A stretch of 5,139 nt of DNA, from the NCBI GenBank assembly GCA_964468895.1, contig CAYXWT010000028.1, positions 1 to 5,139 of the forward strand, in the 5' to 3' direction. The notes below the pieces were generated by a model. The model did no database searches. It had not been told where the DNA came from and worked only from the letters and a program-made list of their open reading frames with translations. The position numbers and the translations under genes were made by a program. This stretch comes from an uncultured archaeon. Its GTDB lineage: Archaea; Iainarchaeota; Iainarchaeia; Iainarchaeales; CSSED10-239. Position 1 is the first letter of the stretch. Every line of letters starts with the position of its first letter. Shown piece after piece: positions 1-5,139 of this stretch.

Positions 1-78
1 AAAACAGTTACTAGAAAACCAGTAAAGAAAGTTGTTAAAAAAATAGTTAAGAAAAAAGCTGTTAAAAAAAGAAGATAA
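1..78 (+). CDS. 3' end of an unidentified gene (partial, start lies upstream of the window). The C-terminal tail is Lys/Val-rich: KTVTRKPVKKVVKKIVKKKAVKKRR*
   Basis: Frame 1 is open from base 1 to TAA at 76-78. It shows a VKK-type periodicity and is followed by an oligo-T tract. The fragment is too short to assign a family. The basic tail suggests a nucleic-acid-binding protein, but that is a guess. Confidence 0.4.
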   Translation, partial: KTVTRKPVKKVVKKIVKKKAVKKRR

Positions 79-100
79 TTAAATTTTAATTAATTAAATT

Positions 101-121
101 ATTTTTTTTCTTTTTCTTTTT
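101..121 (+). terminator. Oligo-T, pyrimidine-only tract (T8 C T5 C T5). Candidate archaeal-type intrinsic terminator for the upstream gene.
   Basis: The sequence attttttttctttttcttttt begins about 23 nt after the stop at 76-78. Archaeal RNA polymerase terminates at oligo-T runs. Caveat: T runs are common in DNA this AT-rich. Confidence 0.35.
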
Positions 122-137
122 ATATTTTAAATTTAAG

Positions 138-155
138 ATAAATATATATTTATTT
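138..155 (+). promoter_or_regulatory. TATA-like box (ataaatatatatttattt) upstream of the DXR-like gene. The spacing fits a leaderless or very short-leader mRNA.
   Basis: The element is centred about 25-28 nt upstream of the ATG at 172, and no SD-like purine motif lies between it and the ATG. Specificity is weak in this base composition. Confidence 0.25.
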
Positions 156-171
156 CTATACTAATTCTATT

Positions 172-1302
172 ATGAAAAAAAGAATTTTAATATTAGGTTC
201 TGATACTAAAGAAGGACAAACAACATTTGATTTTTTTAAAGAGTATCCTAAAAAATTTATAATTACTGGTTTGTCATGTTGTGATTCAGAAAATTTGAAT
301 TTATTTAAAAAACAAATCAAAATTTCTAATGCGACTCATTTATTAGTTAATAAAGAAGAAGATTCTTTGAATTTAGAAGACGATTTAAAAGTTGATTCTA
401 TATATGATATTTCAAACATATCTAAATTTACAAAAACTTCAAATGCAGATATAGTTGTTTTTGCAATGCCTGGTATTGAAAGTGTTGTGGCAGTATTATC
501 TGCAATTTGGGAATATAAAGATATTTGTATAATAAATTGGGATCCTGTACTTTATGCTGGAAAAATAATAATTGATGAAATAAAAAATAAAGCTGTTAAG
601 TTATATCCTATATGCTTAAAACTATATTCAGCAGATATGTTTTTAAATCCTAGAAATTTAGAATCTTTAAAAATTGTAAATTTAATAGCAAATTGTAGTT
701 ATAATCTAGATTTGTCATATTTAAAAAATCCAAAAGTATATAGTTACTTGGAATTTAAAGATAAATTTATATGTGATTATAAAGTTGATTTAATTAATAA
801 GATGTTTATATTAAATTATATTTATAATATTCAATTAGATAAATTTAAATTTTTTGAACAAAATAAACCTCTTATTAATATTTTTTTAACATTTGAGGAT
901 GGTCATAGTTTAATTAATTCTACAACATCAGATCTAAATAATGTTTTAAATTATTATTTTTTAGATAATACTAATTTACAAAAGAAAAATCTTGTTAAAC
1001 ATGAGTTTTTAAAAGATATAAATTATAATTTAAAAGAAATAGATGTTAATAAAATGCCAGCTATTAAATGTGGTATTAAAGCTTTAGAAATGGATGGTAT
1101 TTCTCCTATTTTGTGTCATATGGGTGGTCAATTATGTTTGGAATTATTATATGATAAAAAAATTAAACCAGATGATATTAAAAAAATATTATTAGAAGTT
1201 TTATCAAATCCTAAATTTAATATTAATAATCCAGATTTTAAAACTATTCTTGCAATTTATGATAAATTAAAAAATTTTGTTTACTCTTTTGCAAAAAAAT
1301 AA
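172..1302 (+). CDS. DXR/IspC-family (1-deoxy-D-xylulose-5-phosphate reductoisomerase-like) protein, highly divergent. Cofactor-loop and metal-ligand positions are substituted, so it is probably not a functional DXR.
   Basis: The 376-aa ORF is collinear with E. coli Dxr across all three domains. [23 protein letters not shown] aligns with [37 protein letters not shown] aligns with [28 protein letters not shown] aligns with LPVDSEHNAIFQSL. LINKMFI aligns with MMNKGLE. FEDGHSL aligns with [19 protein letters not shown]...[23 protein letters not shown] aligns with YPCLKLAMEAFE...[22 protein letters not shown]. The Dxr reference was recalled from memory and aligned by hand. Confidence 0.7.
   Translation: [376 protein letters not shown]
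1293..1299 (-). terminator. T7 run on the minus strand, 6-12 nt downstream of the dtdA stop. It lies inside the last Lys codons of the convergent DXR-like gene and is a candidate oligo-T terminator.
   Basis: The plus strand reads gcAAAAAAAtaa at 1291-1302, so the minus strand reads ttaTTTTTTTgc immediately after the dtdA TAA (1307-1305). The signal is weak because such runs are common here. Confidence 0.3.
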
Positions 1303-1304
1303 TT

Positions 1305-2129
1305 TTAAAGAGTATATCTTTCAAGATTTTCATTTAAAATAATTTTAGAATTACTTTTTGTTAGTACTTGGTGTTGTAAGATATCTTTATTTTTTTCAAA
1401 ACTATCTATTGCATAATTTGGAATAATATGTCCAAAACAAAATTTGTTTTGTTTATTAAAAGTATATTTATTAAATTTAGTACAATAGTGAGATCCACCG
1501 ATACCTACAGTTTCTATCCAATTATTATCTATTTTAATTTTCTCTTTATTATAATCTTTTAATACTTCTAAAAGCATTTGTATCATAAATTTAGAAACAT
1601 CTTTATTTATCCATTCATCTATATGTGAACCTATTTCATAAAACAAAGTTGGTTTTTCAAGATAGGGCCCATGATGAGTTGCTTCTTGTGTAATTTTATA
1701 TTTATTAATATTAGAAAAATCTTTCTTATTTTCTTTTAATTTTAATAAAATAGATCTAATTAGAATAGGATCAGTTTCAACTACTGTGAAATCTTTTCCA
1801 CCAAGTTCGGCTTTAGAAAAATTACCTATTGCATGAGCTGTAATACATTTATTTTTAATATCACTTTTTGTTGCATGTTTAGATAAAAAAATTATTGAAT
1901 CTATATTTATTTTATTTGAAATATCTAAATATATTTTATCATCGCAAAAAATGTGTAACTCAGATATTATTTTTATATAGATATTGTTTTTAAATTTATA
2001 ATAATCATTATCTAAATAAAATAAATCTTCATATTCATTTAATTTTTTGATTTTATAATTATTAAATAATTCTTCTTTTAAATTTAAAGACGCTTTATCT
2101 TCTTTACTAACTATTAATAAAAAGTTCAT
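1305..2129 (-). CDS. dtdA: D-aminoacyl-tRNA deacylase, archaeal type (DTD2/DtdA, tRNA_deacylase family)
   Basis: The 274-aa length is typical for the family. Matching family motifs include the N-terminal LIVSKEDKASLNL, FLSKHAT, AHAIGN, the signature EATHHGP, FYEIGS..DEW, GIGGSHY and FGHIIPNYA. These match my memory of the Pyrococcus DTD2. Confidence 0.9.
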   Translation of the reverse strand: MNFLLIVSKEDKASLNLKEELFNNYKIKKLNEYEDLFYLDNDYYKFKNNIYIKIISELHIFCDDKIYLDISNKINIDSIIFLSKHATKSDIKNKCITAHAIGNFSKAELGGKDFTVVETDPILIRSILLKLKENKKDFSNINKYKITQEATHHGPYLEKPTLFYEIGSHIDEWINKDVSKFMIQMLLEVLKDYNKEKIKIDNNWIETVGIGGSHYCTKFNKYTFNKQNKFCFGHIIPNYAIDSFEKNKDILQHQVLTKSNSKIILNENLERYTL

Positions 2130-2276
2130 AAATATATCTTTAATACTAAGTATTTAAATATATAATTTTTATTATTTTAGATTAATAACATCTGTATACA
2201 TAACAACTTATCCTAATAATCAATATATTTATAATTGTTTTAGTCTTTTATATAAATACAATTAAGGTGATAAGAT
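2130..2276. promoter_or_regulatory. Divergent intergenic region that should carry the promoters of dtdA (minus strand) and the 117-aa ORF (plus strand).
   Basis: This 147-nt non-coding gap sits between divergent start codons. On the minus strand, aaaattatatatttaaat (complement of 2153-2170) is a TATA-like element about 30 nt upstream of the dtdA ATG. On the plus strand, caatatatttataatt (2221-2236) and ttttatataaata (2247-2259) are TATA-like. Exact boxes cannot be resolved from sequence alone. Confidence 0.4.
2264..2270 (+). promoter_or_regulatory. Shine-Dalgarno site (AAGGTGA) for the 117-aa ORF
   Basis: GGTGA ends 6 nt before the ATG at 2277 and is complementary to the conserved 3' end of 16S rRNA. 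It is one of very few G-rich motifs in the intergenic DNA. Confidence 0.6.
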
Positions 2277-2630
2277 ATGATAAATATAAATACACAAATT
2301 TATCCTTATAGATTAGATATTAGAAGTGGAGAACCTATAGAATTAGTTATTAAAATAACTAATTTAAATAGTTCTTCAAAATTACTTGGTTTTGATATAA
2401 TATTAGATCCAAATCTTTGTTTAGAGAAAAATAGTTTGAAAAAATCTCAAAGAAAAAGATTAGGTGATATTGTTGCAAAAGAAAGTAAATTATTTAAATT
2501 TAATATTTATCCATTTCAAGGAATAACACCAGGAAAATATAGAATCAAATTAAAAGTAAGTGAACATTTTAATGATTATAATTATATTGAAAGTTTTACA
2601 GAAAAATTTATTGAAATCAATGCAATCTAG
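2277..2630 (+). CDS. Hypothetical 117-aa protein, predicted all-beta (Ig/CARDB/NEW3-like sandwich pattern). No signal peptide or transmembrane segment is evident.
   Basis: An intact ORF with a strong SD. Alternating hydrophobic/polar beta-strand periodicity appears in IELVIKITNL, LLGFDIILD, KLFKFNIYP and GKYRIKLKV. The pattern G-E-x-I-E-L-x-I-x-I-x-N ... PGxY resembles single beta-sandwich domains. I recognise no confident family. Confidence 0.6.
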   Translation: MININTQIYPYRLDIRSGEPIELVIKITNLNSSSKLLGFDIILDPNLCLEKNSLKKSQRKRLGDIVAKESKLFKFNIYPFQGITPGKYRIKLKVSEHFNDYNYIESFTEKFIEINAI

Positions 2631-2673
2631 TTTTTAAAAAAAATATTGTACTATACTTTTAAATTGAGTTTAT

Positions 2674-3903
2674 ATGGATAAATTAATAAATAAAGATATT
2701 TTAGGGTTAATAAAACAAGAAGAAATAAGACAACAAAATACTTTAGAATTAATTGCTTCAGAAAATATTTGTTCAAAAAATATAAGAATTGCAAATGGTT
2801 CAGTTTTAACTAATAAATATGCTGAAGGATATCCTAAAAAAAGATATTATAGTGGTTGTCAAATAGTTGATGAAATTGAACAAGATGCAATAAATTCTGC
2901 AAAAAAATTATTTGGTTGTGAATTTGCTAATGTACAACCACATTCTGGTTCTAATGCAAATGAAATTGCTTTTCTTTCTTTTTTAGAAAAAGGAGATAAT
3001 ATATTAGGAATGTCTTTAGATTGTGGAGGACATTTAACTCATGGTTTTAAATTAAATTTTTCAGGTATTAATTATAATTCTTCTTTTTATGGTACTAATG
3101 AAAATGGTTATTTAGATTATGATAATATTTTAAATATTGCAAAAGAAGTTAAACCTAAACTAATTATTGCTGGAGCTAGTGCATATCCAAGAAAAATAGA
3201 TTTTTCAAAATTTAGAGATATTGCTAATGAAGTTAATTCTTATTTAATGGTAGATATGGCACATATTGCAGGTTTAGTTGCAACTAATTTACATAATAGT
3301 CCTATACCTTATGCTGATATTATTACTACAACTACTCATAAAACATTAAGAGGTCCAAGAGGTGGATTAATATTAAGTAATGAGAAATATTCTAAACAAA
3401 TTAATAAAGCTTGTTTTCCTGGTTTTCAAGGTGGCCCACTACAAAATACAATTGCTGGAAAAGCAATTTGTTTACAAGAAGCTTTAAAACCAGATTTTAT
3501 AAAATATCAAGAACAAGTTATAAAAAATGCCAAAGTATTAGCAGAACAATTACAAAATTATGGTTTTAATCTTGTTACAAAAGGAACTGATAATCATTTA
3601 ATATTAATAGATTTAAGAAATAGAAATATTTCTGGAAAAAAAGCACAAAGATTATTAGAAGCTTGTGGTATTTCTGTTAATAAAAATGCAATTCCAAATG
3701 ATCTAAAATCACCTAATCTTACAAGTGGAATAAGAATAGGTACACCTGCTTGTACAACTCGTGGTTTTAAAGAAGAAGATATGAAAATAGTAGCTAAATT
3801 TATTAAAGATAGTATAGATAATCCAGATGATGAATTGTTATATACTAAAATTAAAAATGAAATTATAGAGTTATTAAAAAGATTTCCAATAAATGATATT
3901 TAA
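2674..3903 (+). CDS. glyA: Serine hydroxymethyltransferase (PLP-dependent)
   Basis: The 409-aa product carries the canonical motifs throughout: ELIASEN, LTNKYAEGYPKKRYY, VQPHSGSNAN, GGHLTHG, VDMAHIAGLVA, the PLP-lysine motif TTTTHKTLRGPRGG, FPGFQGGPL, and VNKNAIPND..SP..TSGIRIGTPACTTRGF. Confidence 0.97.
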   Translation: MDKLINKDILGLIKQEEIRQQNTLELIASENICSKNIRIANGSVLTNKYAEGYPKKRYYSGCQIVDEIEQDAINSAKKLFGCEFANVQPHSGSNANEIAFLSFLEKGDNILGMSLDCGGHLTHGFKLNFSGINYNSSFYGTNENGYLDYDNILNIAKEVKPKLIIAGASAYPRKIDFSKFRDIANEVNSYLMVDMAHIAGLVATNLHNSPIPYADIITTTTHKTLRGPRGGLILSNEKYSKQINKACFPGFQGGPLQNTIAGKAICLQEALKPDFIKYQEQVIKNAKVLAEQLQNYGFNLVTKGTDNHLILIDLRNRNISGKKAQRLLEACGISVNKNAIPNDLKSPNLTSGIRIGTPACTTRGFKEEDMKIVAKFIKDSIDNPDDELLYTKIKNEIIELLKRFPINDI

Positions 3904-3930
3904 TTAACAATAAATTTGAAAATGATTTAA

Positions 3931-4611
3931 ATGAATAAAGGTAAATTAATAGTTATTGCTGGTACTGATGGGTGTGGAAAACATACTCAAACTATGCTTT
4001 TAAAAGAAAACCTAGATAAATTAGGTTTTAAAACTGAAACTATAGATTTTCCTCAATATGGTCTTAAGTCTGCTGGTCCAATTGAAGATTATTTAAATGG
4101 ACTTTATGGTTCAGTTAATGAAGTTGATGCTTATCAAGCTTCTATTCTTTATGCAGTTGATAGATTTGCAGCTTCCTTTAAAATTAAAAAATGGCTTAGT
4201 GAAGGTAAATTTGTTCTTTGTGATAGATATGTTTCTGCAAATATGGGACATCAAGCAGGAAAAATTGATGACTTAAACCAAAGAGATAAATTTTTAGAAT
4301 GGTTAGAAAACCTTGAATTTAATATTTTTAAAATTCCAAAACCAGATATTAATATTTTGATATATTTAGATACGGATATTGCAAGAAAACTTGCATTAAA
4401 TGTAAAAAAAATAAATATGGATAAAACTAAAGATATACATGAAAATAATAGTGATCATATGAAAAAAGCAGCTTTAGCTTTTAAATATGTTGCTGAAAAA
4501 TATAATTGGATACAAGTAGATTGTTGTGATAATAATACTGAAATGGGTATAAAAACAAGAGATAATATCTCAAATGAAATATTAAATAAAGTTAAAGAAA
4601 GATTAGAATAA
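3931..4611 (+). CDS. tmk: Thymidylate (dTMP) kinase
   Basis: The 226-aa product has P-loop IVIAGTDGCGKHTQ at the N-terminus, FPQYG...IEDYLNG, AVDRFA, the DRY motif (LCDRYVSANMGHQ), and YLDTD followed by a lid-like segment. Length and motif order fit the thymidylate kinase family. Confidence 0.88.
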   Translation: MNKGKLIVIAGTDGCGKHTQTMLLKENLDKLGFKTETIDFPQYGLKSAGPIEDYLNGLYGSVNEVDAYQASILYAVDRFAASFKIKKWLSEGKFVLCDRYVSANMGHQAGKIDDLNQRDKFLEWLENLEFNIFKIPKPDINILIYLDTDIARKLALNVKKINMDKTKDIHENNSDHMKKAALAFKYVAEKYNWIQVDCCDNNTEMGIKTRDNISNEILNKVKERLE

Positions 4612-4616
4612 TATAT

Positions 4617-4622
4617 AGGAGA
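4617..4622 (+). promoter_or_regulatory. Shine-Dalgarno site (AGGAGA) for the thyX-like gene
   Basis: GGAG at 4618-4621 lies 8 nt upstream of the ATG at 4630, inside the 18-nt tmk to thyX-like spacer. This implies co-transcription with tmk. Confidence 0.6.
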
Positions 4623-4629
4623 TAATAAA

Positions 4630-5139
4630 ATGAATGATTTCAAAAGAAAAATTAAATTATTAGATAGTATTGTTTGCGAAATTGTAAGTCAAGATCATAT
4701 AAATTTAAATGTATCTACTGAGAACTTTGCAGAAGCCCATTGTAGAACTGTTGCAAGACTTAGTCAAAGTGCAAAATCTTTTGAGCAAATTGTTAGAGAA
4801 ATATTAAATACAGAAGGTTTTAATAAAGAAAAAATTAGTAATTTTCATAAAAATGTTACTTTAGGTGTAGCGCATCATTCTATTGAACAACATGGTCTTA
4901 CAACACTTTGTTTTGAAAATACAACTATGTTAGCTACAAATAAATATTGTGAAAATAAAAGAATTTCAGCTTATCTTGAAAAATCAACTAGATATCAAGA
5001 TTTTTCTAAACCTTGTTATATTATACCTAAAGATTTTGATAGATTAAATAGAACTGATCTTAAAGAAGAATATATTGAAGTTATGAATTTTTTATTTTCT
5101 ACTTATTCTAAAATATTACCTCAAATTATAATTAATATT
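4630..5139 (+). CDS. thyX: ThyX-family (flavin-dependent thymidylate synthase-like) protein. This is the N-terminal 170 aa and the gene continues past the window end. The signature motif is non-canonical.
   Basis: My own translation gives [170 protein letters not shown], with no stop before base 5139. It aligns with T. maritima ThyX. [28 protein letters not shown] aligns with [42 protein letters not shown] aligns with RHRIASYNELSGRY. YIIP aligns with FYIP. The gene symbol is tentative because of the motif change. Confidence 0.65.
   Translation, partial: [170 protein letters not shown]

Noticed and set aside
82-100. An AT-only inverted repeat (aattt ... aaatt) and the self-complementary taattaatta just after the first stop codon. 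It could be a terminator hairpin.
   Set aside because: The stem is 5 bp of pure A-T with a 9-nt loop, so stability is negligible. The adjacent oligo-T tract is a more plausible archaeal termination signal on its own.
2193-2200. A perfect 8-bp palindrome, TGTATACA, in the divergent promoter gap. It could be an operator site.
   Set aside because: The flanks do not extend the symmetry. In about 150 nt of DNA this AT-rich, one or two 8-bp palindromes are expected by chance, and I found no second copy elsewhere in the window.
138-2236. A recurring AATATAT(N)TTTA-like motif in several spacers (141-153, 2130-2142, 2222-2234, 4611-4617). It could be a shared regulatory element.
   Set aside because: The motif is a generic TATA-like string expected in any spacer of this composition. 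Its distances to start codons are inconsistent (about 31 nt, adjacent, and about 55 nt), and one copy directly abuts a start codon. I treat these only as candidate TATA boxes.
3922-3930. A mini-ORF, atg att taa, immediately upstream of and abutting the tmk start codon.
   Set aside because: It has only two sense codons and no RBS. It is most likely a chance occurrence in the AT-rich spacer and is not reportable as a gene or a proven upstream ORF.
3931-4611. Tmk P-loop (GTDGCGK) and lid region with Lys rather than multiple Arg residues. This could indicate an atypical kinase.
   Set aside because: P-loop and lid Arg placement varies between the recognised Tmk types. Without a proper alignment I cannot say this is outside normal family variation.
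4455-4643. A 62-aa ORF on the minus strand from the ORF track (MKSFILLSPIYYSNLSL...).
   Set aside because: It lies almost entirely antisense within the well-supported tmk gene and spans the tmk/thyX junction, including the thyX SD and start. It has low-complexity hydrophobic content typical of antisense frames in AT-rich DNA, no RBS and no recognisable motif. It is almost certainly spurious.
1-5139. A scan for tRNA, rRNA or ncRNA genes, CRISPR repeats, IS or transposon ends, and integrase or toxin-antitoxin-like small gene pairs.
   Set aside because: No GC-rich islands occur outside coding regions, and structured RNAs would stand out in DNA this AT-rich. There are no regularly spaced direct repeats and no terminal inverted repeats. 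All intergenic gaps are 147 nt or shorter. The few G/C-rich patches (for example 1662-1685 and 3431-3443) encode conserved protein motifs (THHGP, QGGPL).
172-5139. Possible alternative genetic code (for example TGA recoding), as seen in some reduced-genome lineages.
   Set aside because: All five complete genes give full-length, family-typical proteins under the standard code, with stops at TAA or TAG. No family-expected sequence is truncated at TGA, so recoding is not needed.

Overview
This window is extremely AT-rich (by eye at least three quarters A+T, not computed) and roughly 90% coding. It reads as a housekeeping stretch of a reduced-genome archaeon, possibly DPANN-like. The standard genetic code fits, and every stop is TAA or TAG. 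In order, the window holds: (1) the last 25 codons of a gene with a Lys/Val-rich tail (1-78), followed by an oligo-T tract; (2) a 376-aa protein collinear with 1-deoxy-D-xylulose-5-phosphate reductoisomerase (DXR/IspC), with the NADPH loop and metal ligands substituted (172-1302); (3) a convergent archaeal-type D-aminoacyl-tRNA deacylase DtdA/DTD2 (1305-2129, minus strand), whose stop lies 2 nt from the previous stop; (4) a 147-nt divergent promoter gap; (5) an orphan 117-aa protein with a Shine-Dalgarno (SD) site, predicted all-beta (2277-2630); (6) a same-strand thymidylate module of glyA (2674-3903), tmk (3931-4611) and an open-ended thyX-like gene (4630 to beyond 5139). The thyX-like gene is absent from the supplied ORF track and has NKR in place of the canonical RHR motif. 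I saw no tRNA, rRNA, CRISPR array, mobile element or recognisable defence system. The most unusual items are the active-site-degenerate DXR-fold protein and the non-canonical ThyX motif. The rest looks ordinary. All homology statements come from hand alignment to remembered family sequences and motifs and need profile searches to confirm.
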